A stretch of DNA of 64,000 nucleotides from a virus: positions 2,414 through 66,413 of IMG/VR virus record IMGVR_UViG_3300036791_000759. One strand, given 5' to 3'. The notes below the pieces were generated by a model, which was not told the DNA's origin, searched no databases, and saw only the letters and a program-made list of their open reading frames with translations. Both the position numbers and the translations under genes were made by a program. Of this stretch, positions 38,743 to 47,672 are shown piece after piece. Within the stretch, counting starts at the first letter, position 1, and each line of letters begins with the position of its first letter.

Positions 38743-40938
38743 GTGGAATACGTTCCACCACCCACCGTCGAAGCCTTTATGCGGGACACGCACCGCATCC
38801 GCGTCATCGTCGGGCCCTTGGGCTCCGGCAAGACGATGGGTTGTATTATGGAGCTGGTGCGCTGGGCCTGTGCCCAGCCGGCGTGGAACAAGACGCGCTA
38901 TACCCGCTTCGCCCTCATAAGAAACACCCTGCAACAACTCCGCCAGACCGTGCTCGCCGACGCGGTGAGCTATCTCCAGGGTGTGGTGCATTTCTACACC
39001 ACCGACTCGACCCTGCAGCTGCGATTAAATCTCCCCGACGGGACGCATGTCCACTCGGACTGGCCGCTCATCCCGCTCGACAGCAAGGAAGACGTTCGGC
39101 GCTTGCTATCCATGCAACTCACCGGCGCCTACATCAACGAGCTGCGCGAAGTCCCGTTTGACATCATCCGGCCGCTGCTTGGTAGGTGCGGCCGCTACCC
39201 CTCCAAGGCAATGGGCGGCGCCGCCAAGCGCGGGATCATCGCCGATACCAACCCGTGGGACACCGACGCGCCCTACCACGACCGTCTGGTGCTCAATCCC
39301 CACCCGGCGTGGAAGCTCTTTCACCAGCCCTCGGGTCTGAGCCCCCTGGCGGAGAACATCGAAAACCTCGCCGAGGGTTATTACGACGAGCTGATGGACG
39401 ATAAGGATCTCGACTGGGCAGCGGTCCACGTCGAATCGCAGTGGGGCACGTCCAACGCCGGCCAGGCGGTTTTTAGAAAGAGCTTTCACGCCCCCAGCCA
39501 CGTCCGCGACATGAAGGTGGTGGTCAACCCGGCCAAGCCGATCATGGTTGGTCTCGATTTTGGCCGCACCCCCTGCGCGGTCATTGGCCAGCACGACAAT
39601 TACGGCCGCGCGATCATCATGAAGGAGGTGGTCACCGAGGGGATGGGGCTCATCCAGATGGTGGAGGAGCACCTCAAACCAGTCCTCTTAGCGCCACCCT
39701 TTGCCGGAAAGCGAGTTTTTATCGTTGGCGACCCCGCCGGCCGGGCACGCAGCCAGGTCTCCGAGTCGACCCCGTTTGACGATCTCAATGATCTCGGGTT
39801 TCTGGCTTATCCGGCATCGACCAACGCGATCGACGCACGTTTGACTGCTGTCGAGAAGCTGATGCGCTCGACAATCATGGAGCAGCCGGCGCTGCAGATC
39901 TCGCGCGAGGGCTGCCCCATCCTGGTGCAGTCCCTCGGAAATAAATATCGCTATCGCCGCCGGCGCGACGGCCAGCTCGACGATCTGCCCGACAAGCAGC
40001 ACCCGTGGTCGGACGTATGTTTTGTCGCCGGGACACCGATCGCGACGCCTATGGGCGATGTACCCATCGAGACACTGCGTCCCGGCCATCTAGTAGCAAC
40101 GCCGGCCGGGGCGCGCCGGATCGAAGTCACTGGCGCCCGCGAAGTGGCCGTTACGGTGGAAGTTAAATTAAGCGACGGACGCACTGTGCGCTGCACGCCC
40201 GAGCACCCGTTTGCCTGTCAAGGGCAGTGGGTTCCGGCATTCATGCTCCGGCAGGGAGACGTATTAGAATGCCAACAACGAAACAGAAGTTCCTCGGTAA
40301 ATGGTATTACCGATACGGCGGTAACCAATACTTCTGGAACAAAAACGGCGGCAAATCGACCTCGCTGCACCGGGCCGTCTGGGAACACCATAACGGACCG
40401 CCTCCGCCAGGCTGCCACGTCCATCACAAGGACGGTGACCCAGCTAACAACGACATTGCCAACCTGGAAATTTACACGGCTAGCGACCACGCCCGCAAAC
40501 ATTGGGCCGGCACTATTCCAGAGGAGTTTACCTGCGTTCGCTGTGGGAAGCCCTACAAGGTCATTGCTCAAGCCCGCAAGCGGGGGTTCTGCTCACCGTA
40601 TTGTCAATCCAGGACACGACTCGAAAGCGGGATCGACCACGAAGCCAGGATCTGCGTCCAATGCGGCGTACCTTTTTTCGTCAACAAATACACCCCGATT
40701 AAAACCTGTTCCCGTCGTTGCGGAACTAAAATATCTGCAAGAAAGCGTAATAGTAATAAATCTAAGAGTAGCTAACACTCATTGCTATTATGCCAACTCA
40801 TTACTTGTTCATAACTGTGACGCCCTACAATACTTCTGTTTAGGCACCCAGTCTAACTACACCGCGCGGGTCATGCGGCGCGACCGGCCGCGTGTCACCC
40901 AATCCCGAGAACTCGTCACCGCCGCCGGGTGGACCTGA
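38743..40938 (+). CDS. terL: Terminase large subunit containing an intein
   Basis: GPLGSGKT Walker A, YINE Walker B, VGLDFG nuclease motif, HPWSDV/CDALQY split by the intein. Confidence 0.93.
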   Translation: MEYVPPPTVEAFMRDTHRIRVIVGPLGSGKTMGCIMELVRWACAQPAWNKTRYTRFALIRNTLQQLRQTVLADAVSYLQGVVHFYTTDSTLQLRLNLPDGTHVHSDWPLIPLDSKEDVRRLLSMQLTGAYINELREVPFDIIRPLLGRCGRYPSKAMGGAAKRGIIADTNPWDTDAPYHDRLVLNPHPAWKLFHQPSGLSPLAENIENLAEGYYDELMDDKDLDWAAVHVESQWGTSNAGQAVFRKSFHAPSHVRDMKVVVNPAKPIMVGLDFGRTPCAVIGQHDNYGRAIIMKEVVTEGMGLIQMVEEHLKPVLLAPPFAGKRVFIVGDPAGRARSQVSESTPFDDLNDLGFLAYPASTNAIDARLTAVEKLMRSTIMEQPALQISREGCPILVQSLGNKYRYRRRRDGQLDDLPDKQHPWSDVCFVAGTPIATPMGDVPIETLRPGHLVATPAGARRIEVTGAREVAVTVEVKLSDGRTVRCTPEHPFACQGQWVPAFMLRQGDVLECQQRNRSSSVNGITDTAVTNTSGTKTAANRPRCTGPSGNTITDRLRQAATSITRTVTQLTTTLPTWKFTRLATTPANIGPALFQRSLPAFAVGSPTRSLLKPASGGSAHRIVNPGHDSKAGSTTKPGSASNAAYLFSSTNTPRLKPVPVVAELKYLQESVIVINLRVANTHCYYANSLLVHNCDALQYFCLGTQSNYTARVMRRDRPRVTQSRELVTAAGWT
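40018..40815 (+). mobile_element. Intein (266 aa) in the TerL nuclease domain
   Basis: Block A CFVAGTPI, block B TPEHPF, block F/G VINLRVANTHCYYANSLLVHN, +1 Cys. Confidence 0.93.
40269..40775 (+). CDS. HNH homing endonuclease with zinc fingers, encoded in an alternative frame inside the intein
   Basis: GGAG RBS near 40254; LHRAVW..VHHKDGDPANNDIANL..H HNH motif; CxxC..CSxxC repeats. Confidence 0.9.
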   Translation: MPTTKQKFLGKWYYRYGGNQYFWNKNGGKSTSLHRAVWEHHNGPPPPGCHVHHKDGDPANNDIANLEIYTASDHARKHWAGTIPEEFTCVRCGKPYKVIAQARKRGFCSPYCQSRTRLESGIDHEARICVQCGVPFFVNKYTPIKTCSRRCGTKISARKRNSNKSKSS

Positions 40939-41141
40939 TGTTTACCGTCACCAAACAGATGCGCCAGGAACTGCGGAAGCAGGTCGGCGACATCATGCGC
41001 GGCGAGCGCAAGCTAGCACGCCCGCTGCGGATCCCGACCTATCTCGGCGGGGATTTTGTCAGGCCGGGGAAGAACCCGCGCTCGACGGAAGCCCTGCTCA
41101 ACCCCGTCGACCCTAAACCGGGCCCGCCAATGGAGGACTGA
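40938..41141 (+). CDS. Hypothetical protein
   Basis: TGATG coupling to TerL. Confidence 0.6.
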   Translation: MFTVTKQMRQELRKQVGDIMRGERKLARPLRIPTYLGGDFVRPGKNPRSTEALLNPVDPKPGPPMED

Positions 41142-41147
41142 ACAACG

Positions 41148-41393
41148 GTGACAACCCTCGCCGCCACAGCGGTGTGCATGTTGACATTCCACAGCCCGGA
41201 CGGCGGCGCGTTGCTGATCTCAAGCGACGCCATCAAGGCCATCAAGCCAGCGGCGGTTGAGCATCACAAGCATCTCACCGAGGGGACAAACGCGGTGATC
41301 TATATCGGTGTTCGGTCAAGCGGGTTTGGCGTCCACGAGACACTGGAGCAAGCCATGCAGATCATCCGGGATTGCGAGGCTCACGGTCCATGA
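41148..41393 (+). CDS. Hypothetical protein
   Basis: GGAGG RBS, GTG start. Confidence 0.6.
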   Translation: MTTLAATAVCMLTFHSPDGGALLISSDAIKAIKPAAVEHHKHLTEGTNAVIYIGVRSSGFGVHETLEQAMQIIRDCEAHGP

Positions 41394-41599
41394 CACACCC
41401 TGACCGCAACCGCGCACGCGCGCGGATCATCATCACCGACCCCGAGGAAGTGATCCACGTTACCATCTACCGCGACGGCGAGCTTCCGGTCAGGGTCGAG
41501 CAGACCGCACTGCAAAGTCTGATAATCGCCAAACAGCTGCTCGACGCCGCGCTGCGCCGGCTGGTGCGCGACCCCTGCGTGCGAACCCAGTACCTATAA
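41390..41599 (+). CDS. Hypothetical protein
   Basis: ATGA coupling to upstream gene. Confidence 0.55.
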   Translation: MTHPDRNRARARIIITDPEEVIHVTIYRDGELPVRVEQTALQSLIIAKQLLDAALRRLVRDPCVRTQYL

Positions 41600-41601
41600 G
41601 A

Positions 41602-41916
41602 TCAGGGCTGCACCGCCAGCCTGCGTTCAAGTTCCTCAATGGCGCGCTGGTGACCGGCGAGTGCATCTTCCCGACTGGTGTAACGCTCGCACGCAATATC
41701 ACCATAGTCGTTAAACACCATCGTCTCCCACAGCACCGGCGGTCCCGACCCAAAACTGTGGTTGAGCCCAAGGAACACCGTGGAGACGCGGTGCCCCTGT
41801 GCAAACACATCAAGCGCGACCTGGCGATCGGCATGCTCGAACCATAGCGCCCATTTTAACAAACTGGGTTCGCGGACCGGGTTGCCATCGGAATCGAGAA
41901 CATATTTGTCGTTCAC
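41602..41916 (-). CDS. Conserved phage hypothetical protein
   Basis: VSTVFLGLNHSFG..PVLWETMVF..ERY..ALAGH motif. Confidence 0.75.
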   Translation of the reverse strand: MNDKYVLDSDGNPVREPSLLKWALWFEHADRQVALDVFAQGHRVSTVFLGLNHSFGSGPPVLWETMVFNDYGDIACERYTSREDALAGHQRAIEELERRLAVQP

Positions 41917-42149
41917 GGGCAGCCTGCGTACCAACGCCAAACCATGTAGCCGAGATTGATCGCACCCATGACGAAGCAGAAGATCGCGCTCAGCCTGGCG
42001 AAACGCTGCAAGTCGCGCAGCCGCCGGCGCTCCTCCTCGACAACCAGACGCAGCTCGGCTTCGGTCCGATTGTAGTGCCCCAGCAGGTCGATGCTGGCTT
42101 GCTTGTAGGCACCCACCACATCGATCTCGCTGAGGTGGATCCCGTTCAT
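41913..42149 (-). CDS. Small membrane protein
   Basis: Coiled coil plus C-terminal hydrophobic helix. Confidence 0.6.
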   Translation of the reverse strand: MNGIHLSEIDVVGAYKQASIDLLGHYNRTEAELRLVVEEERRRLRDLQRFARLSAIFCFVMGAINLGYMVWRWYAGCP

Positions 42150-42277
42150 CGGCGCACGATGTCCATATGCTTGAGCGTCATCGCCCGCTTAAGCCGATCG
42201 CGCATCGGCACCGCCCTGGAGAACGGCATGCTGGGTGGTAGAAACACACCCCACCATAATATGAAAACACCCGCAGA

Positions 42278-42631
42278 TCAGATTTTCCTGATCAATTCAG
42301 CCATGAGGTTTGTTTTGCCGCCGCCGGTGTCCGCGCGGACCGTGTACGGCCCCACCCTGGCAAGCGCCTCCATGAAATGCTCGAAGATCGGCCGCATATC
42401 CGGCTCGGTGCGGATCGTGCCGTCGGGGTATTGGTAAACCGCAAACACCTGCTCGGGCTCGACCAGGTCCAGGATATCCACCGCGAACTCGCCCCCGCAC
42501 GCGGCACAATCCCAGATATCGTCGTCGATCGTCGGGTAGGCCGGGACGATCAACCCATCCTTGAAGCGGTTGTACCAGACCTGGCGCACATCGGTCGAAC
42601 CGCAGCGCGGACACACTAGCTCAACCGCCAT
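42278..42631 (-). CDS. Zn-ribbon protein
   Basis: CPRCGS and CAACG motifs. Confidence 0.65.
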   Translation of the reverse strand: MAVELVCPRCGSTDVRQVWYNRFKDGLIVPAYPTIDDDIWDCAACGGEFAVDILDLVEPEQVFAVYQYPDGTIRTEPDMRPIFEHFMEALARVGPYTVRADTGGGKTNLMAELIRKI

Positions 42632-42751
42632 CTCGCACCCCGCAAAATTTCGCGACGACAACCCCTACGATAGCAGCAAAACATTCACACATGACATAAA
42701 AAACCCAACGAGTTGTCTCCAACGCCCGAATCATGCGTTGAGATATCCGAG

Positions 42752-42985
42752 ATGATCACCGGCGCCCAGATCCGCGCGGCCCGTGCCCTCCTGGGGTGGA
42801 CCGCCGCTAAATTAGCAGAACAGTCCGGTCTGAGCAGTTCATCGATCCAACGAGCGGAAGCCGGAGCGGTGGGCGCGATGCGTGCCGAAAACCTCTTCCG
42901 CATCCAGCGCGCGCTCGAACAGGCAGGGATCATCTTTCTGTACCCCGGCGACACCGGGGGTGCGGGGGTACGGCTCAGCGCCTAA
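42752..42985 (+). CDS. XRE-family HTH transcriptional regulator
   Basis: MITGAQIRAARALLGWTAAKLAEQSGLSSSSIQRAE, classic Cro/C1-type HTH. Confidence 0.88.
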   Translation: MITGAQIRAARALLGWTAAKLAEQSGLSSSSIQRAEAGAVGAMRAENLFRIQRALEQAGIIFLYPGDTGGAGVRLSA

Positions 42986-43470
42986 ACTTCCTCCCTGCGA
43001 CGGCGCCGTGGCTTCATCGCGGCCTGGGCGGCGCGGTCTTCCTCGACCGCGCCCAGCACCAACTTGATCATCTCCTTGTTGGTCGGGATCACGATGCGGA
43101 ACTTGATGGTGGACACACGCTGCTGGACGTTGCCTTTTTTGAGGCGGGAGACGATGCGAATGTCCTTGGTGCCTTGACGTTGTGATAACACAACGTCAAC
43201 CGAGGGCACACTGATCCCGAGATGAGCAGCCAGCTGCGGCCTGGTGGGAAAGGGCAACCGCTTCTCATACGCCAGTATGATAAACGCCAGCACCTTTGCC
43301 GTGGCCTCCGGCGGGCGCTGCATCTGCTCCCGGTCCTTTAGCCAGTCGACCAACTTCTGCACGACGTGGTTGGAAACCACCGGCAGATTTGTGCCCCCCT
43401 CAGGCACCCCAAAATGTCCTTTTGCCACGCGCAGCTCCACGATCATTTTATTTATCCACCGGTTATCCAC
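42982..43470 (-). CDS. Putative winged-helix DNA-binding protein
   Basis: PFPTRPQLAAHLGISVPSV resembles a LexA-like N-terminal HTH. Confidence 0.6.
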   Translation of the reverse strand: MDNRWINKMIVELRVAKGHFGVPEGGTNLPVVSNHVVQKLVDWLKDREQMQRPPEATAKVLAFIILAYEKRLPFPTRPQLAAHLGISVPSVDVVLSQRQGTKDIRIVSRLKKGNVQQRVSTIKFRIVIPTNKEMIKLVLGAVEEDRAAQAAMKPRRRRREEV

Positions 43471-43630
43471 AGTCAGCCCGTGGACCGATTATATATCACC
43501 TATAATTACAAAATGCCAGCATTAGGGTTAAAGTTCCATGAACGGGTATATCGGATCAGGGGATATTTTTTCAACAACAGTATAGTAACGATTTAGGGCG
43601 GTTTTGTTAAGAGTTCGCGGGTTATCCACA
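43452..43630 (+). promoter_or_regulatory. DnaA-box cluster in AT-rich region
   Basis: Perfect TTATCCACA at 43463 and 43622; TTATCCACC at 43452. Confidence 0.55.
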
Positions 43631-43676
43631 GTGGTTTCCCTATAACAGCATGAAAACAAACCGGGAAGCAACAGCT

Positions 43677-43701
43677 CCCCTGCGACAGCCCGTCGCAGGG
43701 G
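43677..43701. terminator. GC-rich hairpin downstream of the 43747-44466 gene
   Basis: CCCCTGCGAC-AGCCC-GTCGCAGGGG perfect 10-bp stem. Confidence 0.45.
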
Positions 43702-43746
43702 ATACAAAATAAATTTTATTAAATGAGCCTGACCGTAAGGTCGATA

Positions 43747-44466
43747 TCAGCAACCGGCTAAACGGCGCAGATCGGTCCCGTTAAAATCCCAGACATCACA
43801 CGGATGATAAGCCTGTTCGAGCGACAGACCTGGATTGTGCAGCCGCAGCTCCAGTATCACCGGCCCGACGGGATCCTCCAACAACTCCGAGCCGTGGAAC
43901 AACCCCGGGCTCACCAATAAACAACCCCCGTCCCACTGGTAATCATGCCGGCGCCGGCCGCCAACGACGATCACCCCATCGGTAAAACCAGGACTGCGGT
44001 AACGCACAAAATCAATATCGTCAGAAGCAGCGCCATTGCCGGCTGCCGTATCATCCCAGACAAACACCAGCGGCACACCCGACGATGAACCAGGCCGGCG
44101 CAGCTGCACGACCGCCGCAGCCGTATCCGGTCCTGCGGCAAAATCAAGCCAGTCCACCCGCCCGGCGGCGCGCATCGCCGCTTCCGCCTGGCTGTTATGC
44201 CCGACCAGGGCATGTGTCACCACCCCCACTTCGTGGGGGTAATTATCCGCCAGGTAGCGCAGCCGCTGCCCTTTGCTCAAATTTGCGTGAGGATCAAACA
44301 AGGGCCCGATGACAATCACATTCCCGACCCGCTCAAACACCAACTCGCGATAGAACAAGGCCAGATCCGCCCGCCGCTCCTCCGCACCCCCCAGCATCGG
44401 CGCGGCGATCACCGCGACCCGGATATGGCCAAACTCGTCGGTAAACAGCTCCCTGCTCTCACTCAT
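43747..44466 (-). CDS. Degenerate calcineurin-like metallophosphoesterase-fold protein
   Basis: Motif order VAVIAAPMLG / VIVIGPLFD / LVGHN / IVVGG..H / LLVSPG matches the MPP fold with most metal ligands substituted; start MSESREL. Confidence 0.55.
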   Translation of the reverse strand: MSESRELFTDEFGHIRVAVIAAPMLGGAEERRADLALFYRELVFERVGNVIVIGPLFDPHANLSKGQRLRYLADNYPHEVGVVTHALVGHNSQAEAAMRAAGRVDWLDFAAGPDTAAAVVQLRRPGSSSGVPLVFVWDDTAAGNGAASDDIDFVRYRSPGFTDGVIVVGGRRRHDYQWDGGCLLVSPGLFHGSELLEDPVGPVILELRLHNPGLSLEQAYHPCDVWDFNGTDLRRLAGC

Positions 44467-44980
44467 TCTTGGCCTCGGCGGCGGGTATGTGCTTGTCCCC
44501 CAAAGCACGTCTTTTTGCAGAGATAGTAAGCTAGCTGTACGATTCGGGGTCGTCAACCCGAAATGATAGCTGCTATAATTACAGCGACCGCAACGAGCGG
44601 TCGCTGTAAACGCCCCGACGTGCCAGGGCGTTCCTCGCCAGTCGCTTCGCAATCGTTAATTTTCATTTCGTTGAGGGGCTGTGTGTTCGCTAACAGGCTA
44701 AAAGTTAATTTTGCTCGGGGTCATCTTCCCCACGATACACCAAGGGGTAATGCCAGTGAGGCAAAGGTTAATTTTTCCTACGAGTGTAGTCACGGCGTGG
44801 CCTTACGTGGGCGCCGGGCTGGCCGCCCACCCTTGGACAGCTACCCCGCCCGGTTGGCCGCTCGGCCGCTTGGCCATCCGCGCGTTGCTACGGTAGCACG
44901 CTGGCCATGCTGTAGCAGTAATAACAACCGCCGTTCCCTATGAGTGCGCATGGGCGCGCTAGTCACATAGGAGTACCAAA

Positions 44981-45787
44981 ATGTCAGTTATCATCGCAGA
45001 GCAAAAGGCAGCGGCCGCGCAAAGCGTGGCCAGTTTCCTGGCGCAGTTCTCCGATATCGCTGGCCAGCAAAAGGTTGCCAATGACGCGTTGGTAGAAGCG
45101 TCGAACGCCACCAATTCCAAGCGCGAAGCCTTGCTTCGTGGCGCGGCGCAGATTGCGTTCGCGAGCAATTGGGTTGATGACGCGTGCGACGGAGCGGTTG
45201 ATGTGGCGTTAGCCGCGCGGAACGATCAGAAATCCGCGACGCTCAAAACGTTCGCCTCACAGCTGCGGCTCGCGATGCATTCCCAGGTTCGGCAGGTTCT
45301 GCCGTCAATTTTCGACCTGGGAACGGCAGCATGGGATAAGGAACGCGAGGCAGTCGCGGCGAACGATGAAGCGCCGCAGCCGCTCGCCAAAGCGTTCCGC
45401 CGTCGGACGCATATGCTCGTAACACTGTTGCGGCAGGTTCGCGAGCATGGTGCGTCGTTTCCTGATCAGGAAAGCATCGTGCGCTTTGGCATGGCGAGCG
45501 ATCCTACCAAGGATGACGCGAAGATCGCTGCGAAGCTGAAGGCAATGCGGAAGGTGTTCAGTGCGTTCCACGCTGAGTTCCCTGTTGAAGCGTTCAAGTC
45601 GATCGACGCGTTCCTAGGCAAGATCGACGCTAAGACGCTTCGCGAGGCGCGCGACGCGGCGAACAAAAAGCCGGAACCCGCGCCTAGCAACCTGCGCAAG
45701 CCAGAACCTGCGCCGGCGCCGGAGCCAGCGAACGACGCGGCCAGCGACGTGCTAACCGATGCTATCGCAGAGTTCAACGCAGCCTAA
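44981..45787 (+). CDS. Early hypothetical alpha-helical protein
   Basis: AGGAG RBS; first gene of the early arm; followed by a terminator. Confidence 0.8.
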   Translation: MSVIIAEQKAAAAQSVASFLAQFSDIAGQQKVANDALVEASNATNSKREALLRGAAQIAFASNWVDDACDGAVDVALAARNDQKSATLKTFASQLRLAMHSQVRQVLPSIFDLGTAAWDKEREAVAANDEAPQPLAKAFRRRTHMLVTLLRQVREHGASFPDQESIVRFGMASDPTKDDAKIAAKLKAMRKVFSAFHAEFPVEAFKSIDAFLGKIDAKTLREARDAANKKPEPAPSNLRKPEPAPAPEPANDAASDVLTDAIAEFNAA

Positions 45788-45805
45788 GCGCCGCACACTT
45801 CCATA

Positions 45806-45842
45806 AGCAAAACGCCAGCGCGCTGCGCTGGCGTTTTCTTTT
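45806..45842 (+). terminator. Rho-independent terminator
   Basis: AAAACGCCAGCGC/GCGCTGGCGTTTT stem plus T-run; second hairpin at 45857-45890. Confidence 0.75.
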
Positions 45843-46136
45843 GCCTACCGTACGCTAAACGGCCGCGCCAGTGCTCTGGCGCGGCCGTTTGCCGTGCGCA
45901 CATACCTACAAAGCTAGTGCGCCGTGCGCCAGTGCGCGAGCGATTACAACGCGTTAGCCTAGCGTCCCGCTGGCTTGGTGCCAGTATGGTGTCAGATAGT
46001 GCGCGGCGACTGCCCGACAATTCCACAGCGATAGCAACGCTTTAATCTGGTTATGCGCCGCGATTTCTCGACCGGTAGCAAGGATTGCTACCGTAGTAAT
46101 ACACTTACTGTAGTACATAAAGCGCTAACCTCTTCT

Positions 46137-46210
46137 AAACACATATAGAAAGATATATATAATATAATATAATAATAATAATAATAATTAATTACATATA
46201 TATCATGATT
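46137..46210. repeat. Very AT-rich low-complexity tract with (AAT)n
   Basis: ATATATATAATATAATATAATAATAATAATAATAATTAATTAC in an otherwise GC-rich genome. Confidence 0.85.
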
Positions 46211-46454
46211 CAAACAGGACCATGAGTGTTTTGGCCAACGCGAGACGCTAGACTTCGCGCCCGCTACACTCTCCGTCTCACCCGCGAAAAAAACCGCGCA
46301 AATCATGAAATTAATTATAACCTGTTGATATAACGCGACAATTCACGCTAATCTCGTCGCGACCGTCAGCAATTTTTGCACTAAAACAGATTGCTACGGT
46401 AGTAAGCCAAGATTATAGTTCCTATACAACAGTGTGTCTTATTAGGAGGGTAAT

Positions 46455-46691
46455 ATGCGCCGCATACAGATCTCGCTTTCAGCCGATTTGGAACGTCGCG
46501 CCCGCTTAGCAAAGGCTTCTGTCGGGAACACAAAGCCGTTTTCACGATTTCTGATCCTGCTTATCGAGCGCGGTTTGGCGGAACTCGATAGGGAAATCTT
46601 GCTCGGGATCAAAGCGGACGCCGTAGCGGAACACCTAGACGGCCTCGCGGAACACCTAGAGGAGTTACTCGATGTAGAAGACAGTGAATAA
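46455..46691 (+). CDS. Putative ribbon-helix-helix regulator
   Basis: AGGAGG RBS; MRRIQISLSADLERR..FSRFLILLIERGL RHH-like pattern; upstream carries both palindrome types. Confidence 0.6.
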   Translation: MRRIQISLSADLERRARLAKASVGNTKPFSRFLILLIERGLAELDREILLGIKADAVAEHLDGLAEHLEELLDVEDSE

Positions 46692-46742
46692 AAACCAGCA
46701 CACAACAGTGTAACTACGGTAGCAACCTAATGAGGTGAAAAA

Positions 46743-47003
46743 ATGACGTCAAAACGATATGCAGACGCACTGATGATCGACAATGGTGCGTGTAACCCGT
46801 CGGGAATTGCCCATGCGATCATCGAAGCATGCAATGAAATGCGCAGCGAAGAGGGGTTCGCCGGCACCGATGCGCTACGCCACGACCCCGCCATACGCCT
46901 GATGGTCAACCAATTGTCGTTTCTGATGGGCGGCAAGGAGATATCACCGGTCGAGCACATGAAATACGTGCTTCTCTGCGAAAAACTGAAAGGTGCGAAA
47001 TGA
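46743..47003 (+). CDS. Conserved phage hypothetical protein
   Basis: GAGG RBS; DAL..GACNPSGIA..DPAIRLMVNQL. Confidence 0.75.
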   Translation: MTSKRYADALMIDNGACNPSGIAHAIIEACNEMRSEEGFAGTDALRHDPAIRLMVNQLSFLMGGKEISPVEHMKYVLLCEKLKGAK

Positions 47004-47092
47004 ACGACATTCTGCATTACGCCGGCTTGTGCATGTTCGCGCTATGGGTGGTGTTCACAGCCACCCTCTTCGCAATCTTATAGGAGGCGAAA

Positions 47093-47368
47093 TTGAGAAC
47101 AAGTGACTGTTCCTGCGGGTCGGGCCTGTTGATCGCTGTCGGGCTCACGCTGGCGCTAGTGACACCAGCGCACGCGTCGTGTCTGACCGAAGAAGGCGAT
47201 ATCTGGGCATGTCACGAGCGCGAGCATCGCGAGAGCCAGCAGCGCATATACCAGCAGGACCAGCTAAACGCCTTGCGCGACCTGCAATGGCAGCAACAGC
47301 AGCAGATGCAGGAGCAGCAGAACCAGTTTAACCAGCTGCAATGGCAGCTGCAGCAGCTTGGGAGGTGA
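47093..47368 (+). CDS. Secreted Gln-rich small protein
   Basis: AGGAGG RBS; signal peptide ending PAHA; poly-Gln coiled coil. Confidence 0.65.
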   Translation: MRTSDCSCGSGLLIAVGLTLALVTPAHASCLTEEGDIWACHEREHRESQQRIYQQDQLNALRDLQWQQQQQMQEQQNQFNQLQWQLQQLGR

Positions 47369-47371
47369 ATT

Positions 47372-47551
47372 ATGAAGCATGTTTATCTGGTTTATGCCGA
47401 GTTCGATCCCGGCGAATACGAGATCGTCGGCGCCTACAGCACGCGTGAGTTGGCCGAGGCCGGTCGCGACAAGCTGGCCAATGATCCCGATGGGGCTCAT
47501 AGCCGTGACCGTATGCGCATCGAGTCATTCCGGCTTGACGCCGAGGATTAA
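47372..47551 (+). CDS. Small hypothetical protein, 59 aa (not in ORF track)
   Basis: GGAGG RBS; MKHVYLVYAEFDPGEYEIVGAYSTRELAEA. Confidence 0.7.
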   Translation: MKHVYLVYAEFDPGEYEIVGAYSTRELAEAGRDKLANDPDGAHSRDRMRIESFRLDAED

Positions 47552-47672
47552 TCGCAGAGGACAGCGCGCAAGCGCTGTAATGCGGCAGACAGGTTCCAAG
47601 CCCTGTCAGAAGGCATAATAAAAACGACCGCACATTAGTACTACCGTAGCAACAGGAAAGGAAGTATTTAAC

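Noticed and set aside
40227-40268. Upstream GTG start for the intein HNH given in the ORF track
   Set aside because: ATG at 40269 has a well-spaced GGAG RBS and is the more plausible start.
42663-42677. Degenerate palindrome A-like sites (42663, 45845, 23828)
   Set aside because: Each has a core mismatch and weak flanks; not counted without a position-weight-matrix test.
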